The notes beneath the pieces are model-generated. The model worked only from the letters and a program-made list of their open reading frames with translations. It was not told the origin of the DNA and searched no databases. Below are positions 37,202 through 49,557 of a stretch of DNA of 64,000 nucleotides, one piece after another (the first letter of the stretch is position 1; each line of letters opens with the position of its first letter). A program made the position numbers and the translations under genes. The stretch comes from Octopus bimaculoides. Its lineage: Eukaryota. Location: assembly GCF_001194135.2 (NCBI RefSeq), contig NC_068990.1, forward strand, positions 53,217,713 through 53,281,712, given 5' to 3'.

Positions 37202-39929
37202 TTAAAGAAGGGGCACAGCATTTAATTTTGCATTCTTTATTTGACTTAGCACTACAATTTCAGAATTTGGACAAACAATTTCTAGAAAAATTACTTGTCA
37301 TACTTTAGTATCCTATCCCTGAGGAGATTTGCCTCTCATTTAGCTCAATGATGATAAAATTACAGTCGAGCTCTAGCATTAATATTCCCTTTAAAAATAT
37401 ATCTTTTGATTTAAAATATTTTATTTTGTGTCATCAATGTAGTTTTAGCCATCCACACTCACCCTCATGCATTTTGACATCATTGTATCTTTGTGAGTAG
37501 CTTTGGGTGATGCATGCATATGTCCTTGTATGGTAGTCTCTGTGATTATGCATATGTGTTCATGTATGCTCAAACCTATTTGTGTGTATGATCTGTGAAG
37601 TTCTGTGCACCTCAGTAAACTCAAATGTATTCAAGTTAAAAAACAAAATCCATTTATATATCCTATTTATTTTCCCTCTTTTTCTCTCCTATTTCTCTGT
37701 CATTTCTATTGTTCTCTGAAATGATAGTCTTTTACTTTCTCTGGTGACTTTTCATTTCTATTTCACCATTTTTGAGAATATGTTCAAATATATTCATTGC
37801 ATTCACTTTATAGAGTAATTTTTGCTAACATCATCATTGTTATTGTGAGGGGGGATGTTCATTTGGATTGTACATTTGAAATGTAAACTTAATTCATGCA
37901 CATTCCACATGCACCCATAGATGCATTCTAAGTAAAACTGTTGACCATATTCTCCGGAAAAAGTGGGCATCAAACTTTTGAGATGAAAGTTCACTGGACA
38001 ATTGACTCTAGCTAAGTCTGCCTATTTCTAAGTAGTTCGTGTGACTTGTGTTCTTTTATGGAACTGACATCTTGTTAGAATATAATGCTGGTTGCAAAGA
38101 AACCCCAGAAATCATCTAGCATCTTATTCAGATAGATTTGTGTCCCTTAATACTAAAGAATGGAGCAGTGTGAAATGAAGCATTTTAATCAGGAGAGCTG
38201 ACTCAGTGAATGAAAGGGACTATCTTTTGATTGAAAAGGGTTCATCTTTTTGAAGTCTTTAAATAAGTACTTATACCCAACTTTTAACCACCTCTTGTTC
38301 ACACACATTTTCAAAAAGATGATTCGCACATCTTTCTATTCAAATCCTATTTTGCAGTGTTTAATAATTTTCCAAAATGAAATGCAATGTCATATCTTGT
38401 TAATTAATTATTTGATTGCAACTGATGAGTCATGTGACAATAATTCCTATATTTTGCTTTTGTTTACATTTTTGTTTTTGCAATATTGTTTTATTGATCT
38501 CTACATAAAACTTAACTATAAATACTCATTAATTCTTTCATTTCTTCATCAGTGATTCATTCAATCATTCTGGTTAGACAGAATCTGATTTTAGTGAAGA
38601 ACTTAATTTGGTGTCCCAACACTGAAGTCATCGTCTTCTCTGGACCCCCCACCCACCCTCTGCATATTTTGCTCTTTGTCTTTCACTTGCTTTCTGCTGT
38701 TAAATGAGTAAGGCAGTAACCAGCACCTTGTCTACACCAGTTCTTATTTCATGAGGTCGTTGGACTTAATGTTTTTCAGTTGATGTAATTTAAATATATC
38801 ATTTGTAGTATTACATGTATATGTATTATCTGTGAAATTATATGTATTTATGTTGTAGTGGCAACCACAGCTACTATAATTAGCATTCGGATTGTTGCTT
38901 GGTTTCTCAGCACTGTATGCCTTATCTTTGTTTCTGATTCTTCATCTACATTGGAAACTTTACATATAGCAACACAGAGTTACTAATTTCATATCATCCT
39001 TGTTGTGAAAGATGTAATATTTAGCTGTGTACTTCTATATAACCATTACTGGTGAATCTATAACCATATCATCTATATTTATTTCACCTCCAATTTTAAA
39101 ATGAAGTTGTCCACTTGGTCATTTTCTTTATTCATTAAATTTTAGTCATTTTTCTAATTGGTTCTGATGATTAGTTGGAACCATTGTGGCACGTTAAATC
39201 ATATCAAAACATTTGGTGACAGTGTGTAATGGAAATATTCTGGAACAGCAGTGTGAAGAGTTTTTAAAAAGTCTGAAGCAGTTTTCCTACTGAGATGGGG
39301 AGATGATACTTAGCAGGGTGTAACTCAGGTGGACATAACTTTCTCTGACAATTAGTTTAAGTCAAACTTTTGATCTCTGTGTTTCAAATGGGCCATACGT
39401 GTTTGGAACTTGCTGTAGTTTATGTTTTTTGTATATTGATCATTGAAAATATAGTACTTCTTTCCTTTCAGTTAAGCCTGACAACACTTTCTGTTATTAA
39501 AACAAAGATTTTTCTTCAACTTGTTGCAGTTATTTTCTTACTTGACTTGCTGTAACTATGACATTCCAGTTGTCAACTAACCACTTTTTGATATTGTTAT
39601 TAATTTGAAAAACCTAGGGAAATTTCTTTCTTTATTTGAAATCTTTGGTTTAGAAAATATAACCTTATTTTGAACAATGTGGGTGGGGGGTCTTCCTACA
39701 AGTTAGGACTTGAAGTTTCTTCTTGGAAACAACTCTAAACCTTTAGCAATTCAGAAAATGTAGTGACAATTTTCAAAAGATGTTACTAAACTTTTTACCC
39801 TTTTGATACCAACCTGCTTGATATTGCCTCAGGTTCTATTTTATGGAGTTCCTGTTTTAAACTGATCTAAATTAAAACTTGTCATCAAAATTTCATGTTA
39901 ATTTATGTTCCAATGACAAAGTTATTTTA

Positions 39930-41210
39930 CAAGGGGTACCCAAAAGAAACCAGAATTTTGCAATATTATTTTATTCACTTTTACATGTTTAAACTTTTAC
40001 TGTCTTCAATGTATTCTCCATTTGAAGCAATGCATCAGTCCAGACGTATTTTCCACTGTTTGAAGCAGTCTTGAAACTCTTTTGAAGTGATGCCTTTTAA
40101 CGTCTCTGTTGTTTTTTCGTCACCCCTTCTGCATCTGCAAAACGTTTTCCATTAAGGACTTTTACTTTCAGGAGAACAAAAAAAAAAGTCGCAGGGAGCA
40201 AGATTGGGTAAGCAGGGTCATGCCATTTTAGGTCAAAAGCTGTCTCACACTCAAGGCAGTATGCACAAGCGCAGTGTCATGATGTAACTATCACTCTCCA
40301 CTTTGTCACAGGTCGGGGAATTTTAGTCTCACCACATCTCACAAATGCTTCAGAATTTCATAGTAAAATGTCTGGTTAACAGTTTGATCAGGAGGAACAA
40401 ATTCTGTGTGGACAATTCCGTTCGCATGATGAAACATATCAGCATCGTCTTGACACGCTTTTTTGGGAGCATGGTGACATTGTATGCTTCCATTGACTTG
40501 ATTGCTGCTTCATTTCTGGGTCGTAGTCATAGCACCAGCTTTTGTCACCAGTGATGACCTTCAAAAAAGGGTCCAGATCAACTTCCAACTGTTCTTTCAG
40601 TTTATGGCACACATTCAGTTGTGACTGCATTTGATCTTCTGTGAGCAAGTGAGGCACAAATTTTGCTGCAACTCTTTTCATTCACAATTTTTCACTCAAA
40701 ATTCATTGACAGGAGCTCCAGGACACACCAGTCATATCAACATATCGTCAGTTGTTTGGTGAAGGTCCTCCAGGATCAGTTCATGAATTTTCGTGATGTT
40801 TTCATTCGTTTAGGACGTTGACGGTTGTCCTGAACAAGGTTAGTCTTCCAACAACAAGTGACCATTTCTAAAGTGTGAAAATCACTTGTAAACTTGTGTT
40901 TTACTCATGGCAATGTCCTTGTAAGCTGTTTGAAGCAAGACAACTGTTTTGGCTGCTTTTTTTCCCAGCAGAAAACAGAATTTTATGAAAGCACACTATT
41001 CTTTTATTTCAGCCATCGCAAAAATCAACAAACAAGGGGATGCACTGCATAACAATGACACACTACATGGCAGTATGACCTCACTTAATGCCGCCGGTTG
41101 GCAGAGTGATGTCTGAGGGTCACATCAAGTGGCTTCTTGCAGCAGAAGTCTGAACTACAACCGGTTTGTCCCACAGAGAATGTTTCTTGTTACTTTTGGG
41201 TACCCCTTCA
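39930..41210 (-). mobile_element. Full-length (~1.28 kb) decayed mariner transposon
   Basis: TA-flanked inverted repeats AAGGGGTACCCAAAAG / CTTTTGGGTACCCCTT. The transposase motifs FVPHLL, ITGDKSWCYDYDPEMKQQSSQW and PNLAPCDFF..KGKRF-like lie in broken frames. Confidence 0.88.
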
Positions 41211-41939
41211 TATACTTAATTTTTCATTATTTTCAAAATCAATTGAACCAAAGACAGTGTATTTCAACTGAAATATGGTAAAAATGTTAATCTGACAACT
41301 GGATGGTTTTACCTAGCTTCTGTTTAGAAGAATGATATAAGTTATTTTAATTAGCATTTCTTTCATTGATCAAACTTAATAAACTTCCTAGAAGCCTTCA
41401 AGAATTGTATTGAAATTGATAAAGAAAGATGAATTGTTTTGATTTCATTGTAAATTCCTTATACTGCTGCCATAGTTTTTTCCAGTCTATTTCTCTACTG
41501 GTCACTTGGTCAACTTCAATTTCTCCATGCTTCATATTTTGTGTTTTTTCTTACTGATCTTGGTAATATATTAAATATCTTCTCTTTCCTTCTTACTGAT
41601 ATTTAAAATTTTTTAAAATAAAATTTTAATTTTTCTTGCCTCCATTAATGAACCTAAATGCTAAACAAATTTTCATTAAAACTTTTTCTTTTAAACATCC
41701 AGAAGGTTCTAACCTGTCTATATTCCTTAATTGTGCCTCCCTTGCCACTGCATGCTATAAAATATTAATAACTTCTACTCATTATTTGCACACCTTGCAT
41801 TAATAATAATTAACGGTTTATACCAGTGTATATGCAACTGATGTTTTCTTTCTTTCTTTACAATGTTCAAATGATTTAAAAGTATCCCTTTTTTCTGCTT
41901 TCCATTTTGATATATTTATTTTGTTGTTTTCCTCTGCAG

Positions 41940-44417
41940 AGGGTTTGATCAAGTTTCAGAAAACTAGTGATGGTGATGAAGCTGAAGGAAGACTTACCCA
42001 ACACTTTGGATGTGAAGAAGAGAGCAATAGTGATGAACCTCTGTCTCCTACACAGGAAGAAGACTCTAATCTCTCTGATATTGGTAGCCCAGTGTCCAGT
42101 ATTACTGGCACCATAGATTTTGGCATTTTACGTACAAGAACCCCTGGTCAAAACCAGACATCATCTTCCACAAAAGCAACTGTAACTATACCACCTGGTC
42201 AACCTTATGCAGTTCCTTCTGGGTCCTCTGCTTTAGCAAACCGGCACACAGCTACTACTTCTCGAAATGGTAATTCCAATAGCGGTCAACACAAGTCACG
42301 GCCCAAAAAGCCCAAACCAAAAACACAACCTAAAGCTAAAGTTATCAAATTCCATGAATACAAGGGTCCACCAAATATTGTGAAAAACATTCAAAATGCA
42401 GCACAAAATTTGGCTAATAATTCTGAAACTCCTTACCATATTCTTCTTCAACAACAGCAACTATTTCTTCAATGGCAGCTGCAGTTTCAACAGAAAAAGA
42501 TTGCGTCCAGCTCTAAAGGGAGTGAAAATCAGGGAACATCTTCTGCCCCTCATAGTTCCTCTGGCAACATGGTTATGACTGGTTCCACCACATCACCAGC
42601 TAATGCAGCCAGCGTCACTGCTTCCACAAGTCAACCAAGTCCATCACCTCCACTGTTGCAGCAAAGACCGACGCCATCACACACTCCACAGCCACAATCA
42701 ACAAATCCTCACCACCATCATCATCACCACCATCACCATCATCACCATCAACAACAGCAGCAACAGCAGCAACAACAACAAAAACAGCAGCAACAAAAGC
42801 ATCAGCAGATAAGCTTATTATCCCAAAACCAAGCCCATCCATCCTCACTCCCACAAGTGTCTCCAGCTTCTTCCCCGTCACAAAAGACTGTAACTTCCAT
42901 CACTGCACCAACTACAGCCAAATCACTCTCCAATCTAGAAGACATGAAAGTTGCTGATTTAAGGGCAGAGCTAAAAAAGCGAAACTTGACTGTGTCTGGT
43001 TCGAAGCCACAATTGATAGAACGCCTTCGTAATTATTTGGAGATTAAGTCCAACAACACAAACCCAACAGTAACCAACACTTTACTGGACAGTAATAGTA
43101 ACCTTTCTCTACAAGGAATTCAAGCCCTGATATACTCTCCAGAAGAGTCCATGGTTACAAATATTACCCCTCCAAGTTCGCCTAATTGTAAAGACAACTC
43201 AAACAAGTTGTCTACAATCTCTTTAGATAAGATGGAGGTATTGTCTAGCAACTTCCTTCTCCAGAAGAATCATCTTAACAGCAATACCATGAATAGCAAC
43301 AGTAACAACAACAACAACAGCAACAATAACAATAGCAGCAGTAGTAGTAGTAATGGTAACAGTTCTGTGCCAATGACAGTGGATTCTGTATCAAGACCAC
43401 CTTCTGTAGCACCAAATGAAAATGCACCAATGGATGTTGACCAAGGGACTTCTCTTTCAGCAGAACTATCTCCTAATGTCAATGGTGGGTCCAAAGCAGT
43501 TGGGGTGGTCTCTCCACAACAGCAGCAGCTACCAGTTCAAACTCAAGCTCAACAGAGAAGTATTCTGGGCCAGGAAGAACTGGTCAAGCAACAACAGAAA
43601 ACAATTGAAGCTCTTCAGCGCCAGTTGCATGAATCACAAATGCAATTGCAGTTACAACTTCAACAACAACAATTAAAACTGCAGCAGCAGCAACAACAAC
43701 AACACATCAATGTATTAAAACAACAACCACCATCGCCTCAACAAGTGATGGCAGTGCACTCACCACCTCAGGTGGTCAGCGTACAATCTCCACCACAGGT
43801 TATGAGTGTTCACTCACCACCTCAGGTAATGGCTCTACATTCTCCTTCTAGCATGATGGCTGTCCAGTCACCACAAATGATGAATGTCCACAGTCCTTCC
43901 CAAATTATAAATGTCCAGTCTCCAACACAGATTCTCAATGTTCAGTCACCGAGTCAGGTGATCAACCCACAGTCCCCTCCTCAACATGTCATCACTGCTC
44001 AGTCCCCTCCTCAAATTCTAAATGTCATGAACATCACTGCTGCTGACTCCAAAGTGCCTATGGCTCCTGCCCTCCCTCACACATCGCCATTGCAGGTACA
44101 ACAATCTCTCAAATCTCTTGGACTAACCTCAATTCCGATCTCAGCTCACTTACTTCAGACATCATCTCCCAGCGTACAACCAACCCAAAGTCTACCTGCA
44201 GTGATTGTGACTACTTCAACTGCCACTACCGATATCAAACCCAACTTTGATGAATTATTTGGCAGCCCTCAACCACAGTTGAGTCCTGCCAGTCCCGTTG
44301 AGCTGGCTAATCTGGCTTTGAACTATTCCACTTCACCAGCATCTGTATCGCCATTCCTGATTAGTGTATCTAAAGACAGCTCAAGGGAAGGAAGTCCATC
44401 TCCAAAAGGTTTCATAG
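41940..44417 (+). CDS. MRTF: MRTF large central exon (basic B1, Q-rich, polyH/polyQ, SAP, coiled coil, SP repeats); 3' end uncertain (44417 or 44427)
   Basis: It lies within the 873-aa ORF 41921-44542. Acceptor cctctgcag ends at 41939 and phase 1 matches the previous exon. Candidate donors are ATAG|GTAGTC (44418, phase 1) and CCAG|GTATAG (44428, phase 2). Confidence 0.9.
42293..42493 (+). other. MRTF: MRTF basic (B1) region and Q-rich helix, the SRF-interaction module
   Basis: RPKKPKPKTQPKAKVIKFHEYKGPP resembles KPKVKKLKYHQYIPP, and PYHILLQQQQLFLQWQ resembles YAKILQQQQLFLQLQ of the myocardin family. Confidence 0.88.
42932..43036 (+). other. MRTF: SAP domain
   Basis: NLEDMKVADLRAELKKRNLTVSGSKPQLIERLRNY fits the SAP consensus and the myocardin-family sequence NLDDMKVAELKQELKLRSLPVSGTKTELIERL. 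Confidence 0.93.
43571..43665 (+). other. MRTF: Coiled-coil / leucine-zipper-like dimerisation segment
   Basis: QEELVKQQQKTIEALQRQLHESQMQLQLQLQ has heptad character and sits where the MRTF zipper lies relative to SAP. Confidence 0.7.
43733..44029 (+). repeat. Coding minisatellite: 11 degenerate 8-10 aa (mostly 27 nt) units starting with Ser-Pro
   Basis: SPQQVMAVH SPPQVVSVQ SPPQVMSVH SPPQVMALH SPSSMMAVQ SPQMMNVH SPSQIINVQ SPTQILNVQ SPSQVINPQ SPPQHVITAQ SPPQILNVM, read directly from the ORF. Confidence 0.9.
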
Positions 44418-45204
44418 GTAGTCCCAGGTATAGTAATGTTGTTGTTATTATTCTTATTCTTCTTCCTATTATTATTATATTATGGTGGCAAGCTGCCAGA
44501 ATTGTTAGTGTTAAAACAAATGCTTTGCAGTATTTGTTCTGACTCTTCACATTTTGGGTTCAAATCCTGTGGTTTATATCTTTTCCTGAAATCCATTAAT
44601 GAAAGATATAGACATACATACATGTCTGTGTGTGTGTGTACACACACACTCTCTCTCTCTCTTACGTACACACACACACACTAGTACAAACATGCTATCC
44701 TTAAGATAGCATGTTTTACATTGTATCATATATTTCTATAGTGTATATGCATAAGTATACATATGGCATACATGTGAGAAGAATGCTGGCAAGTCATGCG
44801 ACATGAATGAAGCTCAAGCATCAATAAAGAAAAATGTAAAGTAGAGCTATAAGATGAAATTTAATTATATTAAACAATGTGCATTGGTAAAACAATGGAA
44901 AATTACTACCTAAATACTACCAGTAAATTTAAATATATATATATACATATACACACATACTATGATGCATTTTTAATACAGTTAGGATTTGTCTTAAAAC
45001 ACAATATCATCATAAATACCATTATCCTATTTACCTTTGTGCTTAGTGAAAAGTTGAGCCCATCTTGTACTCACATTATTGTCACTAAAGTGTATTCTTT
45101 GTTTATATATAACATGCAGTTATATAATTAAATATTGTCACATGAAAAATGAAAGTGAAGTGAATTAAGCTGTTATGTAAATATATAGTAAATTATATTA
45201 AAGC

Positions 45205-46440
45205 AATGGGCATACATACACAAATATGCCCCACCAGCTTTGTTTTCTCATAACTTTCAGGAAAATACATATTTTTTTAATGAAATTTTCTATAAATACA
45301 CTTCAGATGGTATAGATTACAATTATATTAGAATTTGTTGTGAAAAAAAAATTGGGGGAGAGGTGTTTGAAAAAATTCCCACGAGTCAGTTTCTTTTCCT
45401 CATAACTTTCAGAAGACAAATGCTTTTCAGAGTGTGTAAGTTACAGTTATATAGGAATTTCATGTGATAAGAAGAATGGTGAGCACACACACACACACAC
45501 TTACTGACACACATCACAATTTTTTTTTAAAATTTCAACTCATTTTGTAGATATACATGATGTGTATTAGTATATATGTGTGTTTTCCCACAAATTTTTT
45601 TCATATTAAATTCTGATATAATTGTAGCCTACACATTCTGAAAGGTATTTGTAGAAAATTTCATGAGAAAATAACCATTTTTATGAAAGTTATGAGGAAA
45701 CAAAGCCGACTTGTGTGAATTTTCTGAAGCTCCTCTCACAACCCTTGCTAAAATATTTTCACAACAAATTCTTATTATCACAATGCGCAGAGACTGTAGT
45801 CTGGTCATGAACACTTTGCTCCTGTCAGTTACTGTATATCATTTTGCATGCACTAACAGAAGTCCATAATAAACATATAATTATAATTGGGGTATACATA
45901 CACAAATGTGCCTCACCAACTTTGTTTCCTCATAACTTCTAGAAAATGGATATTTTTTCATGAAATTTCCTACAAATATGTTTCAGATGGTGTAAATTCC
46001 CATTATATCTGAATTTGTTGTGGAAAATATTTTTTCAGGAGAGTGGGGAGAGGAATTTCAGAAAATTCACACAAGTTGGCTTTGTTTCCCCAGAGCTTTT
46101 GGAAAAATGAGTATCTTTAAATAAAAATTTCTACAACTACCCTTCCAAAGTGTGTAGATTTTGATTATATCGAAATTTGTTTAAAAAAAAATATATGTGA
46201 TGTGTGTCAGTATGTATGTATGCTATACCACCAATTTTTATTTTCATATTAAATTCTATTTTAATTGTAATCTTTCTGAAGTGTATTTGTAGAATTTCAT
46301 TAAAAAATATCCGTTTTTTTCTGAAAGTTATGGAAACAAAGTGTTTTGGGTACATATGTGTAGGTATGCTGCAGCTTACTCCAGCCAGTTACTATATATC
46401 ATTGTGCATGCTTTACCAGAAGTCCATAGTATTTTTTAAA
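45205..46440. repeat. Two tandem ~650-bp units, each with ~100-bp inverted arms (foldback/MITE-like)
   Basis: Arm 45238-45336 is roughly 80% identical by eye to the reverse complement of 45608-45705. The second unit has arms at ~45920-46020 and ~46250-46341. The unit ends at 45813-45875 and 46376-46440 match each other. Confidence 0.72.
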
Positions 46441-46479
46441 ATTATGATCGTAGACATACATACACAGACAGACAGACAG

Positions 46480-46480
<1 letters not shown>

Positions 46481-46542
<62 letters not shown>
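46481..46542. repeat. (CA)n microsatellite running into an assembly gap, one of many simple repeats in the window (also (CA)n 29791-29850, (TA)n 6780-6811 and 23537-23578, (ATT)n 28870-28915 and 59085-59155)
   Basis: Directly visible. Confidence 0.95.
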
Positions 46543-47534
46543 NNNNNNNNNNNNNNNNNNNNNNNNNNNNNNNNNNNNNNNNNNNNNNNNNNNNNNNNNN
46601 NNNNNNNNNNNNNNNNNNNNNNNNNNNNNNNNNNNNNNNNNNNNNNNNNNNNNNNNNNNNNNNNNNNNNNNNNNNNNNNNNNNNNNNNNNNNNNNNNNNN
46701 NNNNNNNNNNNNNNNNNNNNNNNNNNNNNNNNNNNNNNNNNNNNNNNNNNNNNNNNNNNNNNNNNNNNNNNNNNNNNNNNNNNNNNNNNNNNNNNNNNNN
46801 NNNNNNNNNNNNNNNNNNNNNNNNNNNNNNNNNNNNNNNNNNNNNNNNNNNNNNNNNNNNNNNNNNNNNNNNNNNNNNNNNNNNNNNNNNNNNNNNNNNN
46901 NNNNNNNNNNNNNNNNNNNNNNNNNNNNNNNNNNNNNNNNNNNNNNNNNNNNNNNNNNNNNNNNNNNNNNNNNNNNNNNNNNNNNNNNNNNNNNNNNNNN
47001 NNNNNNNNNNNNNNNNNNNNNNNNNNNNNNNNNNNNNNNNNNNNNNNNNNNNNNNNNNNNNNNNNNNNNNNNNNNNNNNNNNNNNNNNNNNNNNNNNNNN
47101 NNNNNNNNNNNNNNNNNNNNNNNNNNNNNNNNNNNNNNNNNNNNNNNNNNNNNNNNNNNNNNNNNNNNNNNNNNNNNNNNNNNNNNNNNNNNNNNNNNNN
47201 NNNNNNNNNNNNNNNNNNNNNNNNNNNNNNNNNNNNNNNNNNNNNNNNNNNNNNNNNNNNNNNNNNNNNNNNNNNNNNNNNNNNNNNNNNNNNNNNNNNN
47301 NNNNNNNNNNNNNNNNNNNNNNNNNNNNNNNNNNNNNNNNNNNNNNNNNNNNNNNNNNNNNNNNNNNNNNNNNNNNNNNNNNNNNNNNNNNNNNNNNNNN
47401 NNNNNNNNNNNNNNNNNNNNNNNNNNNNNNNNNNNNNNNNNNNNNNNNNNNNNNNNNNNNNNNNNNNNNNNNNNNNNNNNNNNNNNNNNNNNNNNNNNNN
47501 NNNNNNNNNNNNNNNNNNNNNNNNNNNNNNNNNN

Positions 47535-47810
47535 CTATTTGCCTTAATTTCTCTATCTGTGTGTATTGGCATATCCCAGAGTATGGTTGCTTTCTCGTTT
47601 TCTGTGACCTTTTCTGGCGTGTGTTTATACCATCTTTTTTCTGTTGCTATTCCATAATGTTGGCATAGCTTCCAGTGTATATAGGTCCCAGCTCTGTCGT
47701 GTCTGTGAATATATTCCTTCTTAGCCAGGACTGGGCAGCCAGAGATAATATGATTTATTGTTTCTTGTCGATCTCCACATATTCTACAGTTACTTGTTAT
47801 ATTTCTTTTC
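47535..47810 (-). mobile_element. R4/Dong-type LINE fragment (CCHC zinc knuckle to start of endonuclease); continues into the N-gap
   Basis: It translates to CRICGDRQETINHIISGC..RHDR..HWKLCQHY..WYKHTPEKVTENEKATILWDMPIHTDREIKAN. Its 5' end abuts (ATT)n at 47811-47868. Confidence 0.85.
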
Positions 47811-47832
47811 ATTATTATTATTATTATTATCA

Positions 47833-47870
<38 letters not shown>

Positions 47871-47871
47871 T

Positions 47872-48084
47872 GAAGTGGCGAACTGGCAGAATCGTTAGCA
47901 TGCCAGGTGAAATGCTTAATGGTATTTCGCCCATCGCTACGTTCTGAGTTCAAATTCTGCTGAGGTTGACTTTATCTTTCATCCTTTCAGGGTTGATAAA
48001 ACAAGTACCAGTTGAACACTGGGGTTGATGTAACTGACTCATCCCTTCCCCCAAAATTACTGCCCTTGTGGCAAAATTTGAAAC

Positions 48085-48168
<84 letters not shown>

Positions 48169-48385
48169 GGTGGAGAGTTAGCATGAACATTAGCATGCCA
48201 GACAAATTGCTTAGTGGCATTTTGTCTGTCTTTATGTTCTGACTTCAAATTCCGTTGCCTTTCATCCTTTCAGGGTTGATAAATTAAGTACTAATTGAGC
48301 ATCGAGGTCAGTATAATCATCTAGCACCACTCTCCACAAAATTTATTATAATTAGTTCAGACTTTGTGCCTAGTATAGAAAGAAA
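47872..48385 (+). mobile_element. Two SINE family A copies (best-preserved copy 47872-48085) joined by (ATT)n
   Basis: A-box-like TGGCAGAATCGTTAG, B-box-like GAGTTCAAATTC, the central core and an (ATT)n tail at 48085-48167. Confidence 0.82.
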
Positions 48386-48579
48386 TAATAATTAAAATAA
48401 TAATTATTATTATTATTGTAGGAGGAGGAAAAAATAAAATGCAAATTAAATCTTTTTTCTTTTATTTAATTGACCTTACTTCAATATTGTTTATTACACC
48501 CTACCACTACCCAGTAATTTAAATAGTCTCATCACTGTATGTCTTTCTCTGTAAAATAGTTGTGAAGTTTGTCTTTCAT

Positions 48580-49359
48580 TTCATTATACTAATAGCAGAC
48601 TTACATAGGATAATGAACAATGTGTCCCCACTATGCAAACCCTATGAAACAAAGAAACATATACAGAACTTCATGCACCACGTACAATTCTCTGGATATG
48701 GTCGGAAAGATAGGGTTCGGGTATACAGAAGAGCTAGAAAGAAGTTAGAGAGCATTATATGTAATGAAATCAGTGATACCTGCCCTAGATATAGAAGTAA
48801 AGACTAGAATAGGAAACAAAGAGTTTGTGACAAAGCAAATGGTGTACATGTGTTACTTACAAGACCGACAAATATCAAGGAGTGATGTTTGCAGAGGCCA
48901 CAGCCCATGGAGAACTAGCCCAAAAATTTAAGAAAGCTCTGAAGGAGGCCAAATTCAACATTAAAATCATTAAAAGACCAGGGAGCTCCATCAGATCACA
49001 ACTATGTAAGATGTACCGCTTTGAGAATACCATTGCACCAATGATAACTGCACTAACTGTAGAACTAGAAATGTAGTCTACAACATAAGGTGTATAGAGG
49101 ATGCTTGTAAAGACAAGAACATGATATACATAGGTAAGATATCTAGAAGCATTGCAGAGAGACTAAATGAATATTTGAGACAATATCACAACAAAAACAG
49201 TCCTCCATACTCTACCAACATGCCAAAGACCAACATGGAAGCACACTGGGTCAACTTGATATCCGCATTTTATCCAAACACTTGAAGGACCCAACACTCA
49301 GACAAATACAAGAGTACGTTCTCATAAATGAAACATCGCCAGCACTAAATAAGAAATGG
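48580..49359 (+). mobile_element. Penelope-like element: RT thumb, Cys-rich linker and GIY-YIG endonuclease
   Basis: With frameshifts it reads LIADLHRIM..FMHHVQFSGY; FAEATAHGELAQKFKKAL..IIKRPG; CTNDNCTNCRTRNVVYNIRC..YIGKISRSIAERLNEY..LYQHAKDQH..RQIQEYVLI..PALNKKW. Confidence 0.8.
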
Positions 49360-49523
49360 TGTAGCCATCTGGTTTCACCAGTCCTCAGTCAAATCGTCCA
49401 AACCATGCTAGCATGGAAAGCGGACGTTAAACAACGATGATGATGATGTAGAAGGTAGTCATACCCCAATACCCACAATTTATATATACATAGATAGACT
49501 TAGTAGGCTGTTATGTAGACGTA

Positions 49524-49557
<34 letters not shown>

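Noticed and set aside
38422-38445. CTGATGA-GTC-ATGT-GAC as a second hammerhead
   Set aside because: The required GAAA after stem II is absent (AATA) and no stem I/III pairing is visible.
44428-44542. Hydrophobic C-terminus VVVIILILLPIIIILWW of the 873-aa ORF, resembling a membrane anchor on MRTF
   Set aside because: It lies past the splice donors and is translated (ATT)-type microsatellite plus the head of a family-A SINE (ggtggcaagctgccagaattgttag). Downstream exons carry the conserved MRTF C-terminus.
47872-47960. A/B-box-containing SINE heads as tRNA genes
   Set aside because: There is no cloverleaf or acceptor stem, and each head continues into a shared SINE body and microsatellite tail.
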